Source: a virus
Virus record (IMG/VR): IMGVR_UViG_3300033067_001533
Direction: 5' to 3' (one strand)
Length of the DNA: 64,000 bases
Part shown: one piece after another, positions 28,131 to 37,892 of the stretch
How positions within the stretch are numbered: the stretch's first letter is position 1
How the letters are laid out: each line of letters begins with the position of its first letter
Translations under genes and position numbers: made by a program
The notes under the pieces: generated by a model
Seen by the model: only the letters and a program-made list of their open reading frames with translations
The model's database searches: none
What the model was told of the DNA's origin: nothing

Positions 28131-28613
28131 GTCACTAGAACTTGAGCTTCCTGAATCATAAGAAGATCCTGAATCATAAGCGTATGAATCTGAACTGCTA
28201 GATGAACTATCACTCCAATCTCCTCCAGACCCTCCGCCGGAGAAATCTCCACCTCCAAAACCTCCATCAAAACCAGGATCTTTTGAATTGGGATCGCTGT
28301 CATTTAATGCATCTCCAGCGATTGCTCCAAAAATATCTCCACCAACTAAGGCGCCAGCAACCGTAGAATCTGTTACAGCAGCAACTGCCATTGAAGTTAA
28401 GAAATTTGATTCATCTTCTCTAGCTTTTTTACGGGAACTTTCATAGATTTCATCGCGACGAATGCGCTCTGCTTCTACGATTTCTCTCATACGTTTTTCT
28501 TTATCAATAGTATTAGTACCAGAAATTCCATTAGGAGTGTAATATGATTCTTTCATTTGTAAACCTTGAGGTTCTACTTCTGTAATTCCGAATAATCTTT
28601 TAAACCAATTCAT
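28125..28613 (-). CDS. hypothetical protein with Gly/Ser/Asp-rich low-complexity C-terminal tail
   Basis: FGGGDFSGGGSGGDWSDSSSSSSDSYAYDSGSSYDSGSSSSSDW tail. Confidence 0.4.
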   Translation of the reverse strand: MNWFKRLFGITEVEPQGLQMKESYYTPNGISGTNTIDKEKRMREIVEAERIRRDEIYESSRKKAREDESNFLTSMAVAAVTDSTVAGALVGGDIFGAIAGDALNDSDPNSKDPGFDGGFGGGDFSGGGSGGDWSDSSSSSSDSYAYDSGSSYDSGSSSSSDW

Positions 28614-28616
28614 ATC

Positions 28617-28859
28617 TTATTTGTTAAATGCTTTTAAATAAATTGCTTGTTGTCTAATTCCAAATTCTCTGGTAAGAACGTTTGCTGGCATCTCATCTTT
28701 CATGAAATAATTTAAGCCAATAATCATTTTTTCCGCATCGAATTTACGTTCTCTTCCCTGAATCATTCCTTCAGGATCTGCCAGTTTATTAATAATAAAA
28801 GCCAAAGCTTCTGCTGTTTCAGCTTGATTAACCATTTGCCATGTTTCTAACTCTGTCAT
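28617..28859 (-). CDS. hypothetical protein
   Basis: ORF track; promoter motif upstream (28872-28935). Confidence 0.4.
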   Translation of the reverse strand: MTELETWQMVNQAETAEALAFIINKLADPEGMIQGRERKFDAEKMIIGLNYFMKDEMPANVLTREFGIRQQAIYLKAFNK

Positions 28860-28871
28860 AATTTATATGGT

Positions 28872-28935
28872 TTTAATTATGGTGTAAATATAATTATTTC
28901 GGGTGAACCGTGAAAATTTATTTGCAATTATTTTT
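28872..28935 (-). promoter_or_regulatory. conserved promoter element
   Basis: ttatggtgtaaatataattatttcgggtgaaccgtgaaaatttatttgcaatt. Confidence 0.45.
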
Positions 28936-29063
28936 TATTTTTTTTACGTTTGTATAAACTTTTTAATTTAGTTGCATCTATTTTTTCATGAGTACTTACG
29001 TGACTGAACATAAGTATCGCAAATGTAATGCACAAAGCTCCAACAGATATTAATATTACTTCC
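28925..29063 (-). CDS. small single-TM protein (~45 aa, below ORF-track cutoff)
   Basis: Hand translation MEVILISVGALCITFAILMFSHVSTHEKIDATKLKSLYKRKKNKK. Confidence 0.25.
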
Positions 29064-29066
29064 ATA

Positions 29067-29522
29067 TTACATTTCTACTAATTCATTAACGATCATTTTA
29101 ACTGTTCCGATGTCTGCACGACCTTGATATTTCTTATTAAATTCTCCAATAGTTTTACCAACAAGCGCCTGAGGATTTTTAATAGTTACTGAAAAATCCT
29201 GTAGAATTTCTTTAAGCGCTAGCGTAATTTCTTGCTCACTCATTTGTGCAGGCATATAGTTTCTAAGAACTTGTACTTCTTTAGTTTCTTTAAGCGCTAA
29301 TTCTGGTCTATTTGCCAAATCATACATTTTAATAGATTCCTCGCGCTGCTTGATTGCTTTATTAATGATTTTAATAATTTCTTCGTCAGTTGCAACCCAA
29401 GTTCCATTATTCTTTTCGGCATTCGTGATTGCCGCTTTAATACTATTAAGTGCCATTTTGGCTACTTCATCCTTTGCTTTCATTGCAGTTATAAAATCTG
29501 CGTTTATTTGTTCTCTAATCAT
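29067..29522 (-). CDS. GatB/YqeY-domain protein
   Basis: 151 aa; AMKAKDEVAKMALNSIKAAITNAEK... and C-terminal LALKEILQDF pattern typical of YqeY-like proteins. Confidence 0.55.
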   Translation of the reverse strand: MIREQINADFITAMKAKDEVAKMALNSIKAAITNAEKNNGTWVATDEEIIKIINKAIKQREESIKMYDLANRPELALKETKEVQVLRNYMPAQMSEQEITLALKEILQDFSVTIKNPQALVGKTIGEFNKKYQGRADIGTVKMIVNELVEM

Positions 29523-29764
29523 AATCCTTTTTCTTTTTTAAATATTTCTAATAGTTCTTTTGCTGTAAAGTAATCTCTTTTTATTAAGTGAAAATACTTT
29601 GCTTTTTGGCTTAATATTTTTTGCATTTGAGTACAACTAAGTGCCATCCACTCTGCAAACTCAATAGCGTAATCATCTGCTATTTCAACACAATTTTCTG
29701 CGTTATCTTCTCTGTTTGCATATTGATGGTCACAATAGCCTATAAACTTTTCTTTTAGTGTCAT
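29519..29764 (-). CDS. hypothetical protein
   Basis: ORF track. Confidence 0.35.
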   Translation of the reverse strand: MTLKEKFIGYCDHQYANREDNAENCVEIADDYAIEFAEWMALSCTQMQKILSQKAKYFHLIKRDYFTAKELLEIFKKEKGL

Positions 29765-29768
29765 CTTC

Positions 29769-29975
29769 TTAATTTTTTCTAATTCCGGTTACCATAATAT
29801 ATTTAAACATTCCACTCTTTTTAAAGAAGTGTTGGATAAAAGTTACCTCATATGTTATAAATCCACTATCGCTTTCCATGGTTATGGATTCATCAATTAA
29901 CGGCTTTTCAACTTCACACATGAAATCATGTTCTAAAACACCTTTATTCATTAAAATAAATCTACACTTCGTCAT
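29769..29975 (-). CDS. hypothetical protein
   Basis: ORF track. Confidence 0.35.
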   Translation of the reverse strand: MTKCRFILMNKGVLEHDFMCEVEKPLIDESITMESDSGFITYEVTFIQHFFKKSGMFKYIMVTGIRKN

Positions 29976-31014
29976 CCCATCTTTTTTTAGTAATTACTTT
30001 TCCGTTTTTGTCGTAATATTTTACTTTGCTTTCATCGTATGGTTCAACATCCTTTACGAATACCCATGAGCTTTGTTTTACGTTATGTGTTCCACCACTC
30101 CAGTCTCCATAGATTTCAACTTCGCCTTCTCTAATACCAATTACGGTAAATGGCGCAGCATCTGCTGGAAAATAGACTAAGTCACCTAATTTAGGACTAT
30201 GTGGTACAGTACTTTGTTCAACATCTATATTTCCTTTTGAATTGCTTAATAAGCCAGATAAAAAGAATGGATCCTGTGTAAAGATTGGAGTATGAATTTC
30301 TTGCCATTTGTTTCTGGTAAAAGTTCCATTATCATTTGTTGTTATAACTTCTACTTTGGCAATTACTGCTCCTCTTTTCTTACGAAAATCACAATCATTC
30401 CAATTAATTCCTTTCTGAAAGATCATCTCTTGCATTTGATCAGTTTTAACACCATGGAGTTCTTTAGTACTATAAAGACTTTGAGCAACTGAAGAGATTG
30501 AATTTCTTACAGCATCTTGTTGTCTCCAGATAAAATAGTTTTTAACCTCATCAATAAATGGAATTTGAAATGCTCTAGCGTCGAATTCTGCCATTTTAAA
30601 TGTTTCAATATCATGGTGGAATGAAAAAGAACCATCAGTTCTAGCAATTCTCTTCAACCTAAGTTTATTAAATTCTGCAGTGGCCATAGAAGCTGCAACT
30701 GATACCATTTTCTGTAGGTTATTGTCAAACCATGCATGAGTTCCTAACTCATCAAAGTCTGTTAGGACTAAACTAATCTCATCTGATTGTACATAACCGA
30801 ATTTAGCACCTTGGATGTTTTTACATAGATATGCTGTAGTTGCATTCATGTCTTCAATAAGACCCTCATCAAATGGTCTCTCTAATCCTTTCGTGTAGGT
30901 GTGAAAGGCTTTTCCGTCAATACGGATAATTGTAAATGTTCTCCTTGGGAGTTTGATCCTGGTTCTATCTTCGTAGAACTCTTTCATGCGATCGCCTAAT
31001 GCATCGTTTTTCAT
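29962..31014 (-). CDS. tRNA(His) guanylyltransferase (Thg1)-like protein with ~100-aa C-terminal extension
   Basis: DRMKEFYEDRTRIKLPRRTFTIIRIDGKAFHTYTKGLERPFDEGL...AKFGYVQSDEISLVL matches Thg1 N-terminal catalytic region (…VVRIDG+AFH+F…PFD..…QSDEIS). Confidence 0.75.
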   Translation of the reverse strand: MKNDALGDRMKEFYEDRTRIKLPRRTFTIIRIDGKAFHTYTKGLERPFDEGLIEDMNATTAYLCKNIQGAKFGYVQSDEISLVLTDFDELGTHAWFDNNLQKMVSVAASMATAEFNKLRLKRIARTDGSFSFHHDIETFKMAEFDARAFQIPFIDEVKNYFIWRQQDAVRNSISSVAQSLYSTKELHGVKTDQMQEMIFQKGINWNDCDFRKKRGAVIAKVEVITTNDNGTFTRNKWQEIHTPIFTQDPFFLSGLLSNSKGNIDVEQSTVPHSPKLGDLVYFPADAAPFTVIGIREGEVEIYGDWSGGTHNVKQSSWVFVKDVEPYDESKVKYYDKNGKVITKKRWDDEV

Positions 31015-31079
31015 AATATATGTTATTGCGCAACCGTCGTTAGTTGGATGCTGGTTTATAAGTATTATATTAAATACTT

Positions 31080-31883
31080 TTATTTTGTTTCAGTTTTCCA
31101 TTTAGGGTCAAACCAAAATGTTCTACCATTTCTATCAACAACTTTACTTGAGCCTGGTCTACTGTAACAAATCATAAATTCTGACCATGAACTCATTTCT
31201 GATTCTTTACTGAATGGATTTTCCCAATCCTTTAACTGCCCACATCCTAATTTATATGCTTGCATTGGAGCCCATCTACATAGTTGATATATCTCAGGAT
31301 TACTTTGTAATGCTTCTCTTGCACTAATAAATGGATTTACATTAACCCTATATAAGATTTCAGCACGTAAATAATTGCCGATACCATTAAAGTATTTTTG
31401 ATTCATTAATGCCTCACAAATAGGTTTATCAAAATCTTTTTTATGTAGATTAGATTTGATATTTCTAACAAAGTTTTGAAACTCAAGTGTTGGATCTGGT
31501 CCTCTATTATCTGACCATTCCTCTGCAAACTTCCATTTGCCAAATCTGCGAACATCTACAAAACTTAAGGTATGGCCATCTGTACTATAAAATTTAAGAT
31601 GTGCATGTTTTGCTTCTTTGCCAGTTTCAGTGAGTTGAAAATGCCCTGACATTCCCATTGTCATTCGAATAGGTACATACATATATGGTGCAGCTTCATT
31701 TTCATAAAGATACATAACAATTTCTTTACCTTTACTTTTAGCCTTAATCTTAAATTTAGAATATGGCGCTGGAAATTCAATACCTTTATGTGTGGGATTC
31801 TTTTCTATTTTAAAGAATTCTCTACCTTCGGATGCTGCATTAATATATTCTGAAGTTAATCTTAATTCTGCTAATTCTGGCAT
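31080..31883 (-). CDS. Fpg/Nei-family DNA glycosylase/AP lyase
   Basis: N-terminal MPELAEL (canonical MPELPEV with Pro2/Glu3 catalytic residues); H2TH-like FNGIGNYLRAEILYRVNVNPF. Confidence 0.65.
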   Translation of the reverse strand: MPELAELRLTSEYINAASEGREFFKIEKNPTHKGIEFPAPYSKFKIKAKSKGKEIVMYLYENEAAPYMYVPIRMTMGMSGHFQLTETGKEAKHAHLKFYSTDGHTLSFVDVRRFGKWKFAEEWSDNRGPDPTLEFQNFVRNIKSNLHKKDFDKPICEALMNQKYFNGIGNYLRAEILYRVNVNPFISAREALQSNPEIYQLCRWAPMQAYKLGCGQLKDWENPFSKESEMSSWSEFMICYSRPGSSKVVDRNGRTFWFDPKWKTETK

Positions 31884-32054
31884 ATTCTATCTTAATTTAT
31901 TTTTGGCATATAGGTTGTTTGCGATTCTTTTAAAACTACCATCTCTAACTCCAACTTCCGCTGTGAATTTTGCAAATCGTGTTGTAGTTGTAAAGATACC
32001 TGTGTCACTTACAATAAATCCCATTTTTACCATTAATGCTTCTATCATGTTCCT

Positions 32055-32312
32055 TTAAATTAAGTCTTCTTTATCAATATAAGTCTCTGTTGAAAATCCG
32101 GAGTAATCGCTGAATTTATATTTTGAAACTCGAATTTTATCTTGTTTAAAACCTAAAATAGTTCCATAATAAGGTTCTAACTTATTTTTATTTGTTTTGT
32201 ATTTAACTGGATCGCCAATTTTCAATGATGGTTCTGTGTTAATTGATAAACTCATCGATATTAATGTACATCCTTTGCCTAAAATTATACCTTCAGAAGA
32301 TGATTTTGCCAT
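32055..32312 (-). CDS. hypothetical protein
   Basis: ORF track. Confidence 0.4.
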   Translation of the reverse strand: MAKSSSEGIILGKGCTLISMSLSINTEPSLKIGDPVKYKTNKNKLEPYYGTILGFKQDKIRVSKYKFSDYSGFSTETYIDKEDLI

Positions 32313-32416
32313 GTTTATTTCTTTTTAGATTGTTTTTTATATAATGACACTGATGTTCGTAATAAATTACACCATATTATAACGATTAGACAGGAGATAA
32401 TTAATGTTATCATATC

Positions 32417-33238
32417 TTATTTCTTTTTAATCTGTTGAAACCAACTAACAACTCTGTAAGGTTTGGTTGGATTTGTTTTTACATATTCTATTAAAATATT
32501 TTCAACCTCTTCCTCACTATACTTATTCTTGTCTTGTTCTTGTTGCCATTTAATTATTTCTTTACAAACTGCCATCATTAACTTTCCATTTGGAGTTGTA
32601 TGGTCAAATATCTTTGTATCTTCTCTTGTTTCATAACCAAAACTTGGAGCTAATTTCTCATAAGTGTTATGAAATAAAACAGCTAATTCAAGTGTTTCTT
32701 GTTTAAAGACTTTAGTGTTTAAGCTTCTTGATAAAATATTAGGATGGTTTATAGCTTCTTCTTTTGGAATGATTATTTTTAAAGATTGTTCATAATCATT
32801 TTTAAAATATCCTTTGCCAATTCGCACAAACTCACAACTTGGATTCTTAACAAACCATTCTAAAAACTCATCGTCAATATCTTGTACACCATCTTCGATT
32901 AGTTCTACGTTGGTTGTTAGGATTATTTTTAATTCTGTTTTTTGTACTCCTAAAACTTCTTCTTTTGTTGTTAATTGTCTTATAACAGGATAAGCGTTTT
33001 TGAATATGTCAAATACCCAATCTCCAATTTTAATTTCTTCATCAGAAGTAATGTAGATGTTATGTGGTTTAAAGCTATTATTTAATGCTTTTTCTAAACC
33101 CCAAAAATCAGCACCGCTAACTTTTCCATCATTAATAAACATTCCATCAATTTCTTTTTGAATACAGAATGATTTTAGTGTAGAGTTATATAATACTCTA
33201 CTTGGTTTGTCTGTTGATAATACATGAATGTTTTTCAT
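32417..33238 (-). CDS. hypothetical protein, MKNIH(I/V)LSTDKPSR paralog family copy 2
   Basis: MKNIHVLSTDKPSRVL...ITSDEEIKIGDWV...KIILTTNVELIEDGVQDIDDEFLEWFVKNPSCEFV. Confidence 0.5.
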   Translation of the reverse strand: MKNIHVLSTDKPSRVLYNSTLKSFCIQKEIDGMFINDGKVSGADFWGLEKALNNSFKPHNIYITSDEEIKIGDWVFDIFKNAYPVIRQLTTKEEVLGVQKTELKIILTTNVELIEDGVQDIDDEFLEWFVKNPSCEFVRIGKGYFKNDYEQSLKIIIPKEEAINHPNILSRSLNTKVFKQETLELAVLFHNTYEKLAPSFGYETREDTKIFDHTTPNGKLMMAVCKEIIKWQQEQDKNKYSEEEVENILIEYVKTNPTKPYRVVSWFQQIKKK

Positions 33239-33249
33239 AATTTATTTGT

Positions 33250-33320
33250 TTTAATTAGATATGTAAATATAACTATAATAATTGACAATAAAAAACTTTA
33301 AGCAACTATTTTTAAATATT
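33250..33320 (-). promoter_or_regulatory. conserved promoter element
   Basis: ttagatatgtaaatataactataataattgacaataaaaaactttaagcaactatttttaaatattttt. Confidence 0.4.
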
Positions 33321-33321
33321 T

Positions 33322-33510
33322 TTATACTTCAGCATATAACTGTATTAAGTTTAAACCGCCGCCTGTCATATACTTCCCGTACTTATCATCAAACTTTCCA
33401 CTATCAACAAAATTCTCGTCTTGCATGTCTTTGTAAAACTGATCTACTAAGTCAATAGGAACTACATACCAATGGCATGAATTATCTTGAATTGCTTTTA
33501 CTTTTTTCAT
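33322..33510 (-). CDS. hypothetical protein
   Basis: ORF track; promoter motifs on both sides. Confidence 0.35.
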   Translation of the reverse strand: MKKVKAIQDNSCHWYVVPIDLVDQFYKDMQDENFVDSGKFDDKYGKYMTGGGLNLIQLYAEV

Positions 33511-33514
33511 AATT

Positions 33515-33590
33515 TATTTGTTTTAATTAGATATGTAAATATAAACAAAAAACTCCAGACTAAAAAATCCGGAGTGTTAATATTTTGTTA
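33515..33590 (-). promoter_or_regulatory. promoter core fused to terminator-like hairpin variant (ACTCC...GGAGT)
   Basis: ttagatatgtaaatataaacaaaaaactccagactaaaaaatccggagtgttaatattttgtt. Confidence 0.4.
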
Positions 33591-33821
33591 AATTTTTTCA
33601 AGTTCAAATCTAAATTGTTCTTTGTCCTTTTTCCAAATCCTTTCTAATCTTTTCATTTCTTTAATAAAGATTGGATGATTATCAGAACTCATTTTACCAT
33701 ATCTAGTTTCAAGAGCATCAAACGCTTCACCTCTCATTGTAGTCCATTCTTTCATACAACCAGAACAAATTCTTCGATTGTCAAAGATATTCTTTTCACG
33801 ACATCTAGTACAGGTTCTCAT
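33588..33821 (-). CDS. small zinc-ribbon protein
   Basis: CTRC...CSGC. Confidence 0.4.
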   Translation of the reverse strand: MRTCTRCREKNIFDNRRICSGCMKEWTTMRGEAFDALETRYGKMSSDNHPIFIKEMKRLERIWKKDKEQFRFELEKI

Positions 33822-34181
33822 TCTGTTCGGTTTGCGTTATTTTCTAAATCATGTAATGTATGACAATTGTTGCAGTATATTAAAACGCGATCGTATGGTA
33901 AATTAGTATCATCACTTATCTCTTCAACTATCTCATAGTCAAACATGTCGTTTTGACCGCAGTTTCCACAGATAATATGTAATTTTGCATTTGCCATAGT
34001 TACTCAATTATACCTTGAACAACAGTTGTAGAAACTGGAAATGCCCATAACAGTTTATTTGTTTTTCCATATTCTCCTGCCCAAAAACAATATGAATAAC
34101 CTTCAATTGTCATTTCTCGACATTCGATAGTTCGTCTCCAAACTTCGTTTTCTATCCTGCATGTTATTTTATATTGTGCCA

Positions 34182-34760
34182 TTATTTAAACATGGTTTGT
34201 AATGTTGCTACATATGCAGCGTTTTTAAATGGATTTCCTTCAGTTTCTTTTGCTGCACCTATAAATAATTCTCTTGCCTTTACAATACCATGATATTTCA
34301 TAATTAAAGTTGCTACACTTGGAACAGTTTTAGGCATCTCTTCCCCATGTTCTTCAATAATTTTATCAACTTCGATCTTAATCTGCTCAATGTAAGTTGG
34401 TTTTAAATTATCTAATGCTTCTTCTAACATTTCAGCGAAGTATGTACCGCCATTATAGAATTGCCCAATAAATGAAAGGCTTCCATCACTATTTCTGTTA
34501 AGTTTCATGAAGTATTCTTCGTCAGAACTTTCTTCATGGTCAATGACTCTATAAAGATTCTCACCGTGAATAAAATACTCTTCATTTTGAACACTTCCAA
34601 ATTTAGATTCATATTCATCAAAAGCATCTCTAAAATCTTCTTGCCAATCTTCACCTAACACAATATTATGTCGGGCTGCAATGGCTCTGCAAGTCTCTTC
34701 TAAACTTTTTTCATGTTTAACTGGATAAAGTTTTCCTGTGTGAAATTCTGTTCTACTCAT
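34182..34760 (-). CDS. hypothetical protein
   Basis: ORF track. Confidence 0.4.
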   Translation of the reverse strand: MSRTEFHTGKLYPVKHEKSLEETCRAIAARHNIVLGEDWQEDFRDAFDEYESKFGSVQNEEYFIHGENLYRVIDHEESSDEEYFMKLNRNSDGSLSFIGQFYNGGTYFAEMLEEALDNLKPTYIEQIKIEVDKIIEEHGEEMPKTVPSVATLIMKYHGIVKARELFIGAAKETEGNPFKNAAYVATLQTMFK

Positions 34761-35047
34761 TATATGATTGTGTGTTTGTGTTTTAAATTAAAGTGAATAA
34801 CTCTCATGTGCTTAGGAAATCCCTGTATTGGGTACATTTTAACGTTCAATTCAGTGTTTTTAAACCAACCTATGGGTGCATACAACTTGTGCCAAATCTC
34901 ATAAACCTTTTCTATTAAATGGTCCTGTGAATTATTTGAAGCATCTTCATCAAATACAAAATGATCTGTAACAATTACATTGCCGCAGTCAAGTAACTGA
35001 TCAATTGCATAATTTGCAATTCTTGTTGTTCTACCACTTCGTCTCAT
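34760..35047 (-). CDS. hypothetical protein
   Basis: ORF track. Confidence 0.4.
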   Translation of the reverse strand: MRRSGRTTRIANYAIDQLLDCGNVIVTDHFVFDEDASNNSQDHLIEKVYEIWHKLYAPIGWFKNTELNVKMYPIQGFPKHMRVIHFNLKHKHTII

Positions 35048-35204
35048 TATTCTTCGTCTCTTTGATTAAATCCAGTTGCTCGTGCTAAAATAAAAAATGG
35101 GATTACTATGGCATAAAATTGCCATTGCATAAATGATATATGGCCAAAACATGCCAATGAAAAACCTAACCATAAAGGCGCTACTAATTTATATGATTTC
35201 ATAC

Positions 35205-35720
35205 TTATGGTTTATAAATTACTACTGACACTTTCATGTCTTTTAATTCTGTTTGAATAATCTTCTTAATTCTGTTCCAATCTCCGCCAGCCAATCCAGC
35301 TCCAATCTTTGGCAATCCAATATGTTTACCTTCAAATTGAAAATTGATCTTACGCATACAAAGAGTTAATGCCTCATAGTCTAATGGTTTTGAAACTCCA
35401 TCAGTATGATTTCTACCATAACGAAATTGAGTGTATGAATTTACAACCACTAATTCAGGCTCATTCAATTTATTGTCTGCTCTATCTAAAGACCAAATTG
35501 AATTTTTTCCAAGAACAAATGTTTTCCAATCAATGCAACCTAGTTTTTCAATTGTTGCACCCCAGGTTTCCATTTCAAATGTATTAACTCCAAATGCTTT
35601 TGCCATTTGCGGAGCTATTCCAGCTCCCATATTTGACAAACAATTACAGCCATGTGTGATTACATCAAATTCTCCCTGTTTTGCTAGTGCAATTAAATCA
35701 CCTTCTATTTCTTGATACAT
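35205..35720 (-). CDS. Macro-domain protein (ADP-ribose binding/hydrolase)
   Basis: GDLIALAKQGEFDVITHGCNCLSNMGAGIAPQMAKAF matches Macro-domain N-terminal core (…VNAAN..L.GGGVAGAI…). Confidence 0.65.
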   Translation of the reverse strand: MYQEIEGDLIALAKQGEFDVITHGCNCLSNMGAGIAPQMAKAFGVNTFEMETWGATIEKLGCIDWKTFVLGKNSIWSLDRADNKLNEPELVVVNSYTQFRYGRNHTDGVSKPLDYEALTLCMRKINFQFEGKHIGLPKIGAGLAGGDWNRIKKIIQTELKDMKVSVVIYKP

Positions 35721-35721
35721 C

Positions 35722-36228
35722 TTATGCTAATCTAAAGTTATTTAAAAATCTTCTTAAGAATACAATTCTTTGTGCTTCTTGTTCTGAATCACTGAATTTC
35801 ATTGTCCAGTTCCAATATTCAGCGCTATTTGGTACTCCATTTAAATAATATGGTCCATCATAATCTGGCCAAGCAACTTTATCAAAAACTCTGTCATCGA
35901 CTAAGAAAACTACTGCAGTTAATTGGTCACCTAAATCTGGCTCAAAGAAACTACTGAATTGAACACCCTCGTCTGATAATAATTGTCTGTGATTATTTAA
36001 AGAACCTACATGATTATTATTTTCATCGTATCTTGTGTTCGTAGTACCGCCATTTAAAATGATAAATGTTTTATCTTCTCTGGCCCATTTTTGATACGCT
36101 TCAGTACTACCAAATTCTAATCCATATTCAACAACAGCATGGCCGAATTGAATTCCTTGTTGGATTGGGCTTAAATTATAAGGGACCAGGCCATACATTC
36201 TATAAGTTCTATCCTTCATTTGTTTCAA
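35722..36228 (-). CDS. hypothetical protein (weak resemblance to PTH2-type peptidyl-tRNA hydrolase AQ..HA motif)
   Basis: SPIQQGIQFGHAV segment; weak. Confidence 0.25.
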   Translation of the reverse strand: MKQMKDRTYRMYGLVPYNLSPIQQGIQFGHAVVEYGLEFGSTEAYQKWAREDKTFIILNGGTTNTRYDENNNHVGSLNNHRQLLSDEGVQFSSFFEPDLGDQLTAVVFLVDDRVFDKVAWPDYDGPYYLNGVPNSAEYWNWTMKFSDSEQEAQRIVFLRRFLNNFRLA

Positions 36229-36362
36229 ATTTTGTAGAGTCTAATTCGGCATAAACTTCCACTGATTGTAACTCATATCTAGAGCCTAAAATTGGGTCTT
36301 GTACCAATATTAATTGGTCTACTGTTTCTGTGGTCATTGGTGTTTGTTTTTCGTTGCTCATC

Positions 36363-36575
36363 TTATATTAATTTTAAAAATTTTAATTCTTCTACTGCTG
36401 CTTCAAATGCTTCTTGCCATGTTCGATATAAATACCATTCTCTGACCTGAATCAGTTCATAATTTCCAAAGTGTTCATATTTATATATGTCAAATGCAAA
36501 TTTAGGAGCACTTGTTCTATCTAAACCAATTTCTATAACAAAGCCTAATGTGGCTAATGAATCTATAGTGTACAT
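36363..36575 (-). CDS. hypothetical protein
   Basis: ORF track. Confidence 0.35.
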   Translation of the reverse strand: MYTIDSLATLGFVIEIGLDRTSAPKFAFDIYKYEHFGNYELIQVREWYLYRTWQEAFEAAVEELKFLKLI

Positions 36576-37453
36576 TATATTACTTTAAATGCGGTTGTAT
36601 GTGTTTTTTCTTCATATTCATTATCGGCAATATCTCTATAAGAATTTGTAGTGTAAATATGTTCGAAGTTGCGTGATAATTCTTTAAAACCAGCACTAAA
36701 TATTCCATGGGTTACTACCAAATAAATTTTGGCATCTGCTCTCTGTGCTTTGATTGCTTTGGCAAGTTCGTTAAATGTTCTACCGCCATCACAAATATCA
36801 TCAATGATTACATATTGTAAATCATCGCCAACCAATCCTGGTAAGTCTGGAATCTCAGTTTTAAGAATGTTACCAGTTCTCATGTCTCTAACCTTATTTG
36901 CGGTAACGACATTTTGAATTTGAAATTTCTTAGCAACGTCGAAGATTTTTTTGTATGCTCCAGCATCTGGGCTTACTAAGCAAATTCTCTCTTTCGCATC
37001 TTTCTTATTGTCGATTTCTGTAAGTGCGTATTTAACTACGGTGTGATTATCTAATTTCTCGTAGTTATTTAAACATGCCTCTAAGACATCTGAATGAGGA
37101 TCTAATGTAATTACCGTTACAAAATTTAGGGAATTGATAATCGGACAAATTACTTGTTTTAAATAATTAACTCCACCATCAACAAATTTACGGTCTGAAC
37201 GAGCTCCTATAAAATATGGAACGTAAAGAGCAATTTCTCTGTTTGGTTTAATATTTCTGATTGCAGCTGTTGCACAAATGATCAGTTCTAAGTCCTTAAA
37301 ACTATTTAAACGTGAACTGATTTTCACAGCATCATCATATACTACTAAGTCATTCCAATCAATAAGATCTATTGTTTGTTGACCATCTGGAAATTGACTA
37401 ATTTTGTATTTAATCTGTGATTTTTCTAGATTAACCAAGTCTAATGTTATCAT
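36575..37453 (-). CDS. prs: ribose-phosphate pyrophosphokinase (PRPP synthetase) family protein; could alternatively be an ADP-ribose pyrophosphokinase-type homolog
   Basis: VITLDPHSD (DLHS-like), LVSPDAGAYKK, and PRPP-binding loop VIIDDICDGGRTF. Confidence 0.75.
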   Translation of the reverse strand: MITLDLVNLEKSQIKYKISQFPDGQQTIDLIDWNDLVVYDDAVKISSRLNSFKDLELIICATAAIRNIKPNREIALYVPYFIGARSDRKFVDGGVNYLKQVICPIINSLNFVTVITLDPHSDVLEACLNNYEKLDNHTVVKYALTEIDNKKDAKERICLVSPDAGAYKKIFDVAKKFQIQNVVTANKVRDMRTGNILKTEIPDLPGLVGDDLQYVIIDDICDGGRTFNELAKAIKAQRADAKIYLVVTHGIFSAGFKELSRNFEHIYTTNSYRDIADNEYEEKTHTTAFKVI

Positions 37454-37469
37454 AATTTTTATTGTTTTA

Positions 37470-37550
37470 AATTATATGTAAATATAAACAAAAGTTTCGA
37501 TATATAAAAATATTTAACTAATTATTTTTCAAACTTATTAACAGTTATTC
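37470..37550 (-). promoter_or_regulatory. conserved promoter core (variant) + CTTATTAACAG module upstream of PRPP synthetase
   Basis: aattatatgtaaatataaacaaaagtttcgatatataaaaatatttaactaattatttttcaaacttattaacag. Confidence 0.4.
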
Positions 37551-37890
37551 TTGCAGCAACTCTAGTTCCCATTGCAGTTTCATCAATTGACCATTCAAAT
37601 AGATCGCTTCTCATAATCTCATCACAGATTTCTCGTTTTAATCCCATTTTAACAGTGTTTAATGCAAAATCAGAGTCAATTTTACCATACATTCTTTCGT
37701 ATTGTGACATTATCTTTTCAGATTTTATAGTCACTGGATGTCCCTGTTTGGTACTGTATATGGTTCCAACATAATATGTGTCATTCTTGCTTTTAATGAA
37801 AGCACTGAATGGAAATAAAATACCAATCGTTCTTTTAAGAGATTCGATCGCTGGTTTAAAATCTAACTTTTTATCTAAAAATGATGCCAT
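37522..37890 (-). CDS. hypothetical protein
   Basis: ORF track. Confidence 0.4.
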   Translation of the reverse strand: MASFLDKKLDFKPAIESLKRTIGILFPFSAFIKSKNDTYYVGTIYSTKQGHPVTIKSEKIMSQYERMYGKIDSDFALNTVKMGLKREICDEIMRSDLFEWSIDETAMGTRVAARITVNKFEK

Positions 37891-37892
37891 AA

